Source: Octopus sinensis (taxonomy: Eukaryota). Taken from it: a stretch of DNA of 64,000 nucleotides. The stretch covers positions 89,590,001-89,654,000 of the forward strand of contig NC_043005.1 of NCBI RefSeq assembly GCF_006345805.1. Reading direction: 5' to 3'. Below the pieces are notes generated by a model. That model saw only the letters and a list, made by a program, of their open reading frames with translations, did not search any database and was not told the origin of the DNA. Both the position numbers and the translations under genes were made by a program. Positions 38,879 to 52,264 of the stretch are shown here, piece after piece. How positions within the stretch are numbered: the first letter of the stretch is position 1; every line of letters starts with the position of its first letter.

Positions 38879-41535
38879 GTTTGTTTCCAAAGAGCAGTTT
38901 TAGTTTGATTCTATTTATTATTGGTTTTATTCCACAGACATGCATTACAACTATACAATAATGATAGAAAAATCGACCCTCTTTCTTGCCATAACTTTAT
39001 TGTTCTCAGATATATATCTATATAAGATGTAAATTGATAAATATTAAACCTAAACAAAAACATTTGTTTAGCTTCCTTTCCATTTAATGCCCCCCCCACA
39101 CTCCAAAAAAAAAAAAGGGATGAAAGTAGCTACAATTCTCCTTGCTACCACACAATGTAAATCCAATAAACTGGTTGGTTATTTCATCTCTGCTGTTTTT
39201 CAAATTAGACTGTATTTGATTCAGGAAGATTTGTGAAAGAATTCTGTTTGGTCATTTTTACAAAAAACTCTCTCTAGACTGCTTACTTTCTACACAATGA
39301 CTAATTGTGTAGTTGTTATCAATCTCTGAACAGCTGCCATCACATTGGTTCAGTACCAATATTGTGACAGAACTACTTGTTCTGTGGTTAAATAGTGCTG
39401 TCTCCTACCACAATTTAATAAAGTAGGGAAGATGGTGTCCTTTATATAACATGCGTTTCTTTTAAATGTTCCAAAAAGGATAGTTCCATTTTTAATTATT
39501 AAGCTTTGATTAAATATGGTTTTAAGTCTTTATCTCACTAATATTTTTTAAAGGAATAACGACCTCTGTATTATTGTCATTCCATTATAAATGATTTTCT
39601 GAAGTGTCTTCAACTACAGCCTTAGGATGACCAATTCCTTTTCAGTGGAATTGGTAGATGGAAACGGAGTTTAAAAGAGTGTTGTGTTCTGCTTATCCCC
39701 ATTCGAGCCGTTTGAGTAAACTGTCCTTGTTTACATTCTGCAGTAAACAAAACCTGCTGGAGTTTCTGTTGATTTGTTTCTTTCAATGTGTGGTGATCAG
39801 TGGGGAGGAAATACCTTACTTGGAACAGGTAAGGGTTGGCAACAGAGAATGCAACCGACTCAGTATAACTCCTGCCAGAATGGTAAAACAGGCATAAAAT
39901 TGATGATGACCATCACTTGTAATTTTAGATAAGACTTAATGCCTGCTACTGGCAAGATTCTTTGAGCTTTCACTATCTTCTTTTTGATTCCCTGCAACTT
40001 CATTTTATGGTTGAATGGCTGGTACTTAAACCTTCTCTCAACCTTCTTATCCATCCATCCATGTGCATATGTTAAACATGTGTATATATATATACATATA
40101 CACCCCCTTCCTTTATATGTATATATAACTCTTTGAAGCATTGATAAATTAATGTTAAGATGCTAAGGAAATTTGTTGTAATATTTTATAGAAACTATAC
40201 AAAGTGAAGAGAATGTTTGTAGCCATTTTCTGCTAATATTTAAATGTTCTTTTATTCATTTCTTACCCAGATTGTCATCTCATTATTGTTATTTCTGCAA
40301 TGGCTGGTGGTTAAAGGGACCAGACAACTGTTTGCTGTTTCTAGTGCAGACATTGTATTGTGTCCTTAGGCAAGATCTTTAACACCCGTTGCTTTGACGC
40401 TCCTCATTCTCCTCTCATCTTGTAAGAACTGTTAACTGAAGGTTATTGTCATAAATCTCTGATCTCTTCTTGTCTGCTGCCTTATGTTGCAGGATCATAC
40501 AATATTCATGGCTCTCCAGGCCATATAAGGCGTGTCCTTTCGGCTGACTGGGCTCAGGCCCGGGAACTTCAACATAGTACTCCTCTATGTACTTGCAAAT
40601 ATAGCCGTGGTGGTAGGTGCTATTGGAATGACGCCCTTCATCAAAGCTTTTATTTCTCCCTCTCATATTTTATCTCATCCTTTAGTGTGTTGAATTGTTT
40701 TTAGTAGTTGTTGATCCTCCCCATAGTAACTCCAGAGTCCCTTCTTATCCTTAGAGTTTCCTTCTACCCTCCTAGATTGGTTTTGTGGGTTTGAACCTGA
40801 TTAGTAAATCTAGGCATCTAAACAAAGAACAAGATACAGGAATACAGAATTACTAAATTAGCATAAATTATTAATTTAATTAAAAAATGAAAATCCCTCA
40901 CATTGGTGAATAGAGAGAAAGAGATTTATTCACAATTTCAGTTAAGACTGAAGTAGTGAATATATTTTGTTTTCCTCGTTGTTCCATTTATAATAACATT
41001 CATTTATTCTAATTGTATTTTATTATTTGCTAAATTGTTTAGACTATAAACATTATAAATAAATTAATTTCTTCAATTGTTGTTGTTGATGGTTAATTGT
41101 TCCAAACAACATTGCCTGGAAAGGTGTGATAGAATATTCGGTTGAATGCCGACCAAGCGTGTTGAGATCCATCCTCACCTGAAATCACATTGTTGACAGT
41201 TGTTCATCGTGCAGTGTTTGACTGCATAACACTGACACACATTGTTCTTCATATCATGTTTTTAGATACTGAAGCAAAAACAACAAAAAAAAAAATTGAA
41301 GTAATTCAGGGAGTTTTGAGAGCCGGTCCCTTAATCTTTGTTTAAACTTTTTTTTCTTGTTAAAAGATATTGATTTCTTTTATACGTTAAAAATTGTTGA
41401 CTTCTTTAAAATTGTATATCTCTTGCTATATATACATTATATTATTTGCCTCAAGAGGAAAAGAAAACATTTAGATTTAACTTTATTTAGTTTATCTGAA
41501 TAAATCCTTCCATTGCTTTATAATATTGGAAGTGT

Positions 41536-41771
41536 GTAAAAAGTTTCGAGCGAGGTCGTTGCCAGTATTGCCTGACTGGCCCCCGTACTGGTGGCACGTA
41601 AAAGCACCCACTACACTCTTGGAGTGGTTGGTGTTAGGAAGGGCATCCAGCTGTGGAAACTCTGCCAGATCAAGACTGGAGCCTGGTGTAACCATCTGGT
41701 TCGCCAGCCCTCAGTCAAACAGTCCAACCCATGATAGCATGGAAAGCAGACGTTAAATGATGATGATGATG
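41536..41771 (+). mobile_element. RTE 3' tail fragment, well preserved
   Basis: tggcacgtaaaagcaccc...gacgttaaatgatgatgatgat. Confidence 0.85.
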
Positions 41772-41794
41772 TGTATGTGTTCATACATTCACTA

Positions 41795-41858
<64 letters not shown>

Positions 41859-42261
41859 TTATGTGTATATATATAAGTTGTACAGTAATTTACCTGTGTA
41901 TATCATTTGATAAACAGGCATTTAGTCTGAGTGAGCAAATAGACCCTGAGGTTAAACCAAGCAGATCTCTTTTTCTGTGAGAAGGGAGACATCCGAATCT
42001 ATCAACCATTATTGTTTGTAGTTAAAGCGTCTTCTTCAGGACTGCTTTTGCCTCATCACGGCCATTTGCTCAGTGAGGCGAAAGGGGGGTGCAGAGACGT
42101 CCATTAAATGGATATCCAAGTAAATTTATTTACAACTTACAACACACTGTCACAGAACTTAATTGATGTGTGTCATCTGCAGACAGACTAATATGCAAAT
42201 GAGCAGAAAGCAGTGTTTTTTCTCTATTACATTGTCCATAAGTGGCTGCAAGCTACTCTCC

Positions 42262-42292
<31 letters not shown>

Positions 42293-42938
42293 GATCAGAC
42301 GAAGTTAATATTTTTAATAAGCCTGTAAAGACAGACTAAACTAGACGAGTTGTTCTTCTGGTTGTTCTGCTGCTGCTCTAACCACAGAGTCTATTTGTGA
42401 AGTGGAGTTAAATGGTTCCAAAGCAAACGTCTTAGCTACTTAGTCATATGTGTGTGTGTATGTATATATATATCTATATATATACACACGCATACACATG
42501 TGTGTGCATTTGTCTCTGCACACCTTCACTTTATCTTTGTATGACACCAGTGATAATTGTTGATGTTTCACAACTCAGTGGGTTAACCTGTGAACACGAG
42601 CAAAATAAAATACCTCACTTAAAAAAAGCAAGAGTTGACATCAAGAAGGACATCTGGCTGTAGAAATACTGCCCTAAGAAATCTTGTCCAACTCCTGCCA
42701 ACATGGAAAAAGTAGTGTAAAATTTTATAGATATTTAAAATAGATATTTGAGGCAATCTAGTAAATCTTACAATTTCTACTGCAGTTTATAGAAATAGTA
42801 AGAGAAATGAATACTTTTCTGATGAAAATTTCCATTAATAATGTAATAATAATCTATTTTTGAATCCCATATTATTCCTGATTCTGTTGTTGTAACCAAT
42901 TAATTATCAACTTAATCTTTGGTTATATTTAACTATAG

Positions 42939-42989
42939 CCCATGTTAACAAGAACAACACCTTTGCTAATCGACAATTTTCTACAAATG
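42939..42989 (+). CDS. Candidate FMNL cassette exon: (A)HVNKNNTFANRQFSTN
   Basis: aactatag|...ATG|gtaaaa; 51 nt, phase 1-1, no stop in the FMNL frame; no homology support. Confidence 0.4.
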
Positions 42990-43520
42990 GTAAAACTCCA
43001 TATCTTACCTTTAGTTTTTCTTTTCAAGTTTGTTCTGAGAGATTTCCTTTTTTCATAAGTTCAATGCATGTCGTTGTTTATATTCGATAAACTAACATTG
43101 AAAAATTACTTAAAATTGTTGACATTTTTATTTTATAGTTTCACATTTTATCTTTTTTTTTTGTCTTATGATGTTTTTCCTAAAACAAAGCTATTATAAT
43201 ATAGTTTCCAATTGCTTTAGTTCAATATCCACCCCTATATTTATATATATACTTTTTTGTCTTACTATAATTATAGTTTTTCTTTGTGGGTTTCAGAGTT
43301 CTTTTTTTATTATTTTTATTTTTTTCAATCAAGTCGACTCCGACTTAAGAGTTTGTAGTCCATTTTTTAAAATGTTGACGCATGTTTGGATAGCCTATAC
43401 TAAACCCATTTCGATGCTCTCAGCAGTTTCTGAGACGTCTCTCCTGGTTTACTTTAGACCTTCTTTGCTTTAGACCTTTTTTTCAATGGGCTATCATTAA
43501 TGTTTAGCTGTCCACTACAG

Positions 43521-43607
43521 CTGCCCGTCAAACTAAGCCGTCCCATGCTTCTAATCCAATAGGGGAGCCTTCAGAAGCTGTATTCCAACTGTGGTCTTCC
43601 CTTCAAG
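43521..43607 (+). CDS. Candidate FMNL cassette exon: (A)ARQTKPSHASNPIGEPSEAVFQLWSSLQ
   Basis: ccactacag|...AAG|gtaagt (consensus donor); 87 nt, phase 1-1, open in the FMNL frame; no homology support. Confidence 0.45.
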
Positions 43608-44215
43608 GTAAGTATCGGTCAAATAAGATTCATGGTTTAATGAAGTACTTCTGCCTGAGTTTGGTCTTCAATGTTTCCACTTGGAAAAGTCATCTGAATG
43701 TTGTACATGTAAAATATTAAGACTTATGAGTGACTGCATATTCTTCTGGTTGAATGCAACAGAAAAAATATGCACACACACACACACACACACACCTATT
43801 CAAGTCATAACGCAGGACCATTCTCTTAGGATTCTGTGTATATACTTCATTGCACCTCCCTATTCTACATCACCTTTTTGTCAGCTGGATTGATGGAAAA
43901 AATGAATAAAAAATTTTTTAAAAACCCCAAAAATTTCAAATCTGAGCACTGTCAGTTACAACGACAACTGTTCCAGCTGATCGAATCAGCCGGAACAGCC
44001 TGCTTGTTGACACAGAATGTGACAAAGCTGGACCTTTGAATTACAGGAACAACTTATTTTTGCCTGCTGAGCAGACTGGTGCTATGTAAAATAAAGTGTC
44101 TTATGGCACTACAAGAAACTTGAGAGAGAGAATGGAATATAAAAAGTCTTCATAAGAGGTTTTGACAGCATCCATAAAATTTTTGCTTTTTAATATTCCT
44201 TCTTACTTATTATTT

Positions 44216-44503
44216 TGTTTGGTCTGAACATGGCAAATGCCAGCGCCGCCTGACTGGTGTCTGTGTCGCTGACACGTAAAAGCAGCAACCGATCGTGGCC
44301 ATTTGCCAGCCTCGCCTGGCACGTAAAAAGCACCCACTACACTCACGGAGTGGTTGGTATTAGGAAGGGCATCCAGCTGTAGAAACACTGCCTGATCAGA
44401 CTGGAGCCTGGTGCAGCCTCCTGGCTTCTCAGACCCGGGTTCGAACTGTCCAGCCCATGCTAGCATGGAAAACGAACGTTAAATGATGATGATGATGATG
44501 ATG
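44216..44503 (+). mobile_element. RTE 3' tail fragment, well preserved
   Basis: Same motif set, (gat)n tail. Confidence 0.85.
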
Positions 44504-45387
44504 AACCACATCATGTCAAACAGTGGCTTCATTCTACTTTAGAAGCTCTTCATTCTGCTGTTTCTGCTCAAGTTTTATCACCTGTGGCAATCATACACAC
44601 TTGTCACTCGTTAGGTTATCCAATAACAACATTAAATTCATTGTTGGTGACTTCTCAGAAATATTTTTTCAAAACTAAGAAAAGCATCAACAAGAAAGCA
44701 TTGATGTGGTTACTGAACCAGCTAGATCAAGCAGCCAAATCTCCTTTAAATCACCCCCATGCCTCCCTAAAGATGGAAGGTCACATTGGATAAGCTAACC
44801 CTAGATAATATTATGTTGGGAAAAAGACTGGATGACTACATCTGGAGTGATTTTGATCTTTTGCCTGTTAGATCAGAGTTGTTCTGAGACTAAGCAGTCA
44901 CCACAACCAAGTCTATAAGGCAATTCCTTCTGGGTGTCATAAAGCCTTGTTCTCTTCAAAAGATTTTATTTTGATGAAATAAAATTATATTTTCCTCCTT
45001 TTCATAAAAATAAATTCCCTACTCATTTTAGGATCAGAGATCTTTGAATTATATTTACCCTAACACAGTAAACAATGGAAAATGGTTGGAGGTGGTTTTC
45101 TTTTTTAATTGAAGTGAGGAGAGTAGCATATAAATGGCTTAGTGGTTGGGTGGATGATGGAGAGATGTATTGTTGGATCATGAGAGATATTTTATATTTT
45201 CCTCACATGGAGCATGTATATAGCTGTAACATGTCACCACATTTGATATGGCTTTTGAAAGGTGTCGGCAGTCTCTTCCTGTAGTGGTTCCTTGATTGGG
45301 ACTGAACTAGAGATTATCTTCACTCACTCTCACACATCTTCATCAACACACATGCACTGACCTGTATCTGCTGCTTGCGTATGCATG

Positions 45388-45422
<35 letters not shown>

Positions 45423-46254
45423 CCACTCACGCAACCACTTGTATAGTCACATGCTCATTCACACACACACACAACTACAAGCGTGCACCTGTGAAGCTAC
45501 ATACATTTACATAAACATTTATTTATTAATATAAACTTCCTGGTCTACAAGCTCCATCTTAACAACAGTTGATACCATTCATTTCATCTACCCTTTCGAC
45601 CTGATTACAGAGGGTCCAGGCTGTTGGCTGATCCAAGAAGGACCCTAATCATAAATTATCATCTGTTGCAAGGGTTACCTAATCTAAGCTAGAGGTAACT
45701 GTGAACTTAGAGAAATGGAGAAATGCACACACACTTTGACAGACAGACCATTCAACAGTTGTACCCCAAGACATACATTTCCTTGTTGTACAACAAATGC
45801 ATATATAAATATTGCATGTGTTAATGTTATATTTGTGTAAGAAGACCTTAATTACAAGTACTTCATTAGATGTGTCTCTGTTGACCATTTAGTCTAGACA
45901 ACTGTCTCGGTGTTGTGACAGAAATTATTGTGAAGCACCACAACTGTTTGATATTCTTTTTAGTAATTTTTCCTTTTTTTTCTTATTTTATTGTTGTAAT
46001 TGTCGTATCACTTGTGTACATTGTGCTTTCTGTTTTATTCAGTATTGTTGCCTGGTTTTTGTCAGTCTTAAAAAGATTTTTATTTTCATTTATTTAAAAA
46101 GTGAATCTGTAAAAAATGAGAGCATATATATGGCTTTTGACCCTTCTGAAGCCCTTACTTTTAGTTCTGGATCCCCCACCTGTTTCCTAATGGATAGTTA
46201 ATTAAAGCTCTGTTTAACATTAATTACTGGAAGATAACTGTGACAGAGATGTAG

Positions 46255-46405
46255 CCAATCAAATCATTTGGGGGCCACGCCCAAACTTTGCATCTCGAAA
46301 CAAAGTAAAATACCAGAAAATAGTCAAAAATGGCTAAACATCTTGTATGGGGAATTTGTACACCCCCTGTGATTGGCAAAGTGAACTCTACAAGTTAGTA
46401 TAAAT
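46255..46405 (+). promoter_or_regulatory. Promoter-like motif cluster (CCAAT, GC box, inverted CCAAT, TATA)
   Basis: AGCCAATC (CCAAT at 46255), GCCACGCCC 46274, GATTGGC 46371, TATAAAT 46399; motifs only, no expression data. Confidence 0.35.
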
Positions 46406-47765
46406 GGGCATGCACAGAACAGTCTGGGAAGAGTGTCAAATGTGCAGTCACAGAGTCCAGGTCGTAGGAATTATTGAATAGAGACATGGTGGGGTGCTTG
46501 TAGAAGGTGCACAGTTGGAGAGTACATAAGAGAACATCAGGAACGGTTGATATTGTAACAGTTCAGATATAACAATGGCAACGAGAAGTCGTACATTCTA
46601 TCACATCTGTTTTTTTATTTTCATTAGTTACTATCAACAGATGTTTGATCTTAGTTCTTGTACAGTGGTTAGGAAGTTAAAGTGCAAAATTATTGTAGTT
46701 TCATGGGTTCAAATCCTGCTCTAACCATTGATTTGTACTTCTTGTATCAAGTATATTACTCTGGATTTTTAGTTTGTTTTATTATATTCATTATACCATT
46801 GCTGTTGCTACTACTATTACTACTACTACTATTACTTGTGAACATGAGCATTGCTTCATATAAAAATGGAAGCTGTGGACATAGCTACTTTGAGCAAGTA
46901 TATTTGCACCACTTCTATGTCTAAGTTGGCTGATTGTTAAACCGTCCCTGCAACAATACATGAGCAAAGTCCATTGACCTGCTCTTGGGAAGAACTGGCC
47001 ACAAGTAACTCATGGGTGAAGGAGGAGAAGGAAGAGGTGGTGGTGGTGGCAGCAGTGGTGTCCATTCATTGCTGTTCTGTTTAACCCATGTTGACATGAA
47101 AAAAAAATGTAAAACTATGAAAACAAAACAAAAACTAAAAGAAAGCTGGTTTCATTGATTTGGATTGTTGTTGTATGTCCCCTTTGACGAAAGCTCAAAC
47201 CCAGCAGTAGTCAGTAGATCACATTGTACATTCTGGGACATGAACATTAACAGTTCTAAAGTAGGTTATTGATTAAAATTTAAACTTTAATCTCTGACCT
47301 GACATGGCCCTTTTAGGATGTCAAATATTAAAGAATTATTTCCATGGCTGAGAATTGGTAAGATTCTGTCTGTTAGCAATTTTAGATCATTGGTAGCTGT
47401 TATTTAACACCAGGTCAGTGTCCAGTTAACTTGTGGTCAGTAGCTTTCTAGCAGTGGCTATCCTGTCTCTATGTTTTCAGATTGGTCTCTCTTAGGCTAT
47501 ACTATTCACTCTTTAAGATGCTAGGGCCTGATTTTGGTAAGTTTTGACTGCTCTTTCTAGCAGATAAACTATATGGTGACTCTCTTGTTGGCTGAAGATT
47601 ATTTTAATGTTCTTTAAACCAGATCAGCTGGGATTCAGTAAAAACTAAGAACAGAGGTATTCCGGTTCTGAATATCTCCTTCTTTTTCAGACCAGGTCAT
47701 ATCTTGAACTTTATTATTTTAAACTAGACAACAAGAGATTTATTAAGGTTGGTCTTTTTGTAGAT

Positions 47766-47966
47766 CAGTGGGTCTCAGCTGTTTTTTTTTTTTTTTACCT
47801 GTGCACCCTTTTGATTCCAATTTTTATAATAATATTAGGAATTGTATTAAAAAAACCCTGTTAAAATAGTCTGTATACAACCAATTTATTTTGCACCTAA
47901 ATTTTAACAACAAACCCTTATATGGGCTGCTAAGGGTCATGTGGACCCCAGTTGAGAATCCCCATG
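47766..47966. mobile_element. Possible hAT-type MITE
   Basis: Degenerate TIRs CAGTGGGTCTCAGCTG / CAGTTGAGAATCCCCATG; no clear TSD. Confidence 0.35.
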
Positions 47967-48667
47967 GATTTCAAAAGAGAATTTTTCCAACAGAACAAAC
48001 ACTAAGGCATAATGGAGTATTATTATTTTATCACGAGAAAACATATGTTCACATTATGCATCTGTTGGGAACCAACACTAAATTGTTCTTCAGGGATCTG
48101 GATTTATTTTGGGTTTTGTTTCAAGCATGTTCTTGCTTTCCCAAAATCAATAGACATTTCATTATTATTATTGTTGTTTCATGTGTGAATATTGAATATA
48201 TTTAAATGTTATTTTTTAAATGTCTTAAACACACCATATACTCAATGCATGCTTTCCTGTGTTTTTTTCATTTCTTTGCCTCTTTTTTTTTTATATAATC
48301 CACATGTTTTATTACTGTTGATATGCTGTGTTCCATAAATCATTCGGGTTTTCATATGTACAAAAAAACCTAACAAATATTGTTATATACAAAATGTATT
48401 TTCAATGGTTCATAACCATCAAAAAAAAAAGTTTGGAAATAATGACAAGCTATACTTTAATATTGTAGAATTCCAATACTGTCCACTTGGCAGGACACAC
48501 GGACACACACATAAATTCCCTTGGTGTATTATAATTAAACTAATAACATACATTGGCTAATTGTCAACTCATTACAGCTATTTCTTATGTAACTTTTAAT
48601 AGAAAAATCGGAACACTGCATCATTATAAAAGACCATAATCATTAGATGAGAAGTAATTTTAGAAAG

Positions 48668-48893
48668 CATAAGAATATCCAAGAATTGCCAGAATCGCCT
48701 GACCATCCCATGTGCTGGTGGCACGTAAAAGCACCCACTACACTCTCGGAGTGGTTGGCATTAGGAAGGATATCCAGCTGTAGAAACTTTGCCAGATCAG
48801 ATTGAGCCTGGTGCAGCCTCTGGCTCACCAGCCCTCTGTCAAACCATCAAACCCATGCCAGCATGGAAAGCAGACATAAAACGGTGATGACGA
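48668..48893 (+). mobile_element. RTE 3' tail fragment
   Basis: gtgctggtggcacgtaaaagcacccactacactctcggag. Confidence 0.8.
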
Positions 48894-49075
48894 GGACAGC
48901 AGGGATGTGTCTGTTGAGGCCAACTACAGGGTTGGTTTTCTCTGTGTTCGCAGCCGAAATATCCTATCTGATATTTCAACTCTCACCAACCATAGTCCAG
49001 AACCACACACATTACCCAACCCTACCTGGTGCATACCTTTTCATGTACCTGATTCTATCAGAATCCTCATCTTCT

Positions 49076-49115
<40 letters not shown>

Positions 49116-49253
49116 CACACACATTATTAGATAATAAATCATATTATATATGTAAAATAATCACTTGTCCTCATATATGGAGTTTTGAAATCCAAGCGTT
49201 TGCTCTACCAGTGATATTTTTTCCCCAAAACTTCCACAATTTCTTATAAATAT

Positions 49254-49621
49254 AGGTGCACGTGTGGCTGTGTGGTAAGAAGTTTGCTTTCCAACCACAT
49301 GGTTCCAGGTTCAGTCCCACTGCATGGCACACCTTGGGCAAGTGGCTTCTACTATAGCCTTGGGTTGACCAAAGCCTTGTGAGTGGAGTTGGTGGAGAGA
49401 AACTGAAAGAAGCCTGTCATATTTGTGTCTGTCTGTTTGTCCCCCACCACTGCTTGACAACCGGTGTTGGTTTGTTTACATCCCCATAACTTTGCAGTTC
49501 CACTAAAAGAGAATAAGTGTCACCCTTAAAAAAAAAAAAGGAATGAGATTGATTCTTGAAGGTGGTGCTCCAGCATGGCCACAGTCAAATGGCTGAAACA
49601 TTGAAAAGAAGTAGTAAAAGA
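49254..49621 (+). mobile_element. SINE group A copy
   Basis: gtggctgtgtggtaagaagtttgc head through the tail. Confidence 0.8.
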
Positions 49622-49902
49622 TATATTTTGGTAATCTGACTGATTCTATATTCTTGTATTTTATGGCATTCTGAAGCTGATTACTGGACAATCTTTGTAA
49701 ATTCCATACATTTATAAACTTAATGCCTCCATTTATTCCACCCTTTTGGACTCTGAGAACTCCATTGGCTTCTCTGAAGAATCTCATCCATTGTTACAGG
49801 TTTCCCTTTGTAATCTGCTTCCTGTTAACAAAATCGGCAAAAAACATGGAAGAAAATATAAGAAACACAGTTACTGAGTCATCGACAGTCAAACGAACCT
49901 GT

Positions 49903-50274
49903 TTCTCTTTTTACTTGTCTCAGTCATTAGACAGTGGCCATGCTGGCACACTGCCTTGAGGAATTTAAGCCGAATGACTCAACCCCAGTACTGTTTTTTT
50001 TTTTTTTTGAAGCCTGATACTTATTTTATCAGTCTCTTTTGCTGAAGTGCTAAGTTATGGAGATGTAGACACACCAACACCAGTTGTCAAGTGGTGGTAG
50101 GATACACCCACATGCAATGGGCTTCTTTCAGTTTCCGTCTACTAGATCCAGTCACAAGGCTTTGGTTGGTCTGAGGCCATGGTAAAAGACTCTCATCCAA
50201 GGTGCCACGCACTGGGATTGAACCCAGAACTATGATTGGGAAGCAAACTTCCTATCATATAGCCACTCCTGCAC
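49903..50274 (-). mobile_element. SINE group A copy, tail-to-tail with the previous copy
   Basis: Reverse complement of the group A head and tail. Confidence 0.8.
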
Positions 50275-50643
50275 ACACACAGTTCTGTTGTATCTAAGGA
50301 GAGTCGTTTTCTTTTAGTGCCTTTGCGAGTCAAAACTATTGAAACGGTTGCAAGACGCAGCAAAAATTTTAGAAAAATAAAAAAGAAATAAGTGGAAGTT
50401 TTATCAGTGAGTGTTTTAAATTATAAGGCACTAAAAGAGAATGACTCTACCCAGACACAACAGAATATGCTTCAGCACACAAACTCACATGAAGAATCTT
50501 GCAAACCAAATCCAAAAATGATTTAAACTGTTAATACAAGAATGCAAAAGAGATAGTTAAATAACTGTAATTCTACTTTTGGGCCACTCTATGTTTGTGT
50601 ATGTATGTATGTGTATGTATGTATGTATGTATGTATGTATGTA

Positions 50644-50687
<44 letters not shown>

Positions 50688-51504
50688 AATATACATTTAC
50701 TATATTTATTCACACTCAAATGTGGGAGTTTGTGGAATTTTATTGTAATGTCTTCTGCTATATTTGAATAATCTGCTCACTCATTATTTTATTACCTGCT
50801 TTCTTCTCCAAATGGGAGATTTATTAACACAAAGTTTGTGTCTGTTTGTTACCCCTTAAATGATATATATTTCTCACCTTGATAAAAAATATATAATTTA
50901 TGAACGGATGCAAGTTGATTAACTCTTCTTAAGATTGACCATAGTTATTTCACTGGCTGCATGGAGGTGAAGCCGACCACGGGTACAGATCTCAGTGGTT
51001 GAAGCAAATATTCAAACTGTACACATTGGAAACTTGCTGTGGATAATGGGTATGACTCACTTGTGGGCTGCAAATTGTTATGGACCTGGATTTTCCAGAG
51101 TTTTGGTTATGAGTTCTAACAGGTTTCCTGACCAGCCATGTGCAGTGACCTTGACGTGATCACCGTCGCTAATTTATGACTGCACCTACTAATTGAGTGT
51201 TTAATGGAAATGGTAACAAAAAAAAATCATAAAAATAAATTTGATTTCTTCAGATAAAATTTTATTAGGAATTTTTTAAAAATATGATTTTTGGTTCTTC
51301 TGCCAGCTAGTTTCTTCTGCACTTGAATTAGCTAATACATAATACACACTTGCAGAGTTTTTTAGCGTTTGGGTGTGCAACCCTTAATATCTTTCTTTTT
51401 CTCTGTCTTTTAAAAAACCCTGTCTTTGAACAATATTAATTCTCTCTTAGTATTGCTGTTCCCAAGAAAGGGAAGATGTTTATAAACGAGTCACAAGTAA
51501 ATGC

Positions 51505-51801
51505 AAGTCGCTGGCATTCTGTCAGTTACGAGGATGAGGGTTCCAGTTGATCCAATCAGCAGAACAGCCTCATCATGAAATTAACATGCAAGTGGCTGAG
51601 CACTCCACAGACACACGTACTCTTAATGTACTTCTCAGGGAGATTCAGCATGGCACAATACACTGATGCTGACCCTTTGAATTACAGCTACAACTCATCT
51701 TTGCCGGCTGAATAGACTGGAGCAATGGAAAAATAAAGTGTCTTGCTCAAGGACACAGTGCACAGCTGGGTATTGAACTCATGACCTTACAATCATTGTG
51801 A
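51505..51801 (-). mobile_element. SINE group C copy, head interrupted by a SINE B insertion
   Basis: gtgtcttgctcaaggacac, tattgaactc; head resumes after 52051. Confidence 0.7.
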
Positions 51802-51817
51802 ACCAAATACCCTAACC

Positions 51818-52035
51818 TATTTCTTTACTACCCACAAGGGGCTAAACACAGAGGGGGCAAACAAGGACAAACGGATTAAGACCCCGGTGCATAACTGGTA
51901 CTTATTTAATTGACCCCGAAAACATGAAAGGTAAAGTCGACCTCGGCGGAATTTGAACTCAGAACGTAGCGGCAGACGAAATACTGCTAAGCATTTCACC
52001 CGGCGTGCTAACGACTCTGCCAGTTCGCCGCCTTT
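51818..52035 (-). mobile_element. Young SINE group B copy with a 16-bp TSD
   Basis: ACCAAATACCCTAACC at 51802-51817 and 52036-52051. Confidence 0.9.
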
Positions 52036-52264
52036 ACCAAATACCCTAACCACTAAATCACATACCTCCATGCAAACACTCGTTAACACATGCACACACA
52101 GTATTTTTAATTATTATTATTTATTATTCTGATGATGAACTGGCAGAATCATTAGCACGCTGGATGAAATGCTTAGCAGTATTTCACTTCTATATTTAAG
52201 AGATAAGAAGTTATTTACATTATTTACATTTGACGGATATTTGCCCTCATCTTGTTTGTTGTTA

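Noticed and set aside
40415-40666. 83-aa minus ORF in a GC-richer patch
   Set aside because: No recognisable domain; the VVVGAIGM similarity to R4 elements on the + strand is too weak
41266-41300. AG...GT segment DTEAKTTKKKIE
   Set aside because: Enters in phase 1 but exits in phase 0, incompatible with the downstream exon; A-rich
47481-47536. Strong-looking acceptor and GTAAGT donor
   Set aside because: In-frame stop, and it appears to lie in repeat-like sequence
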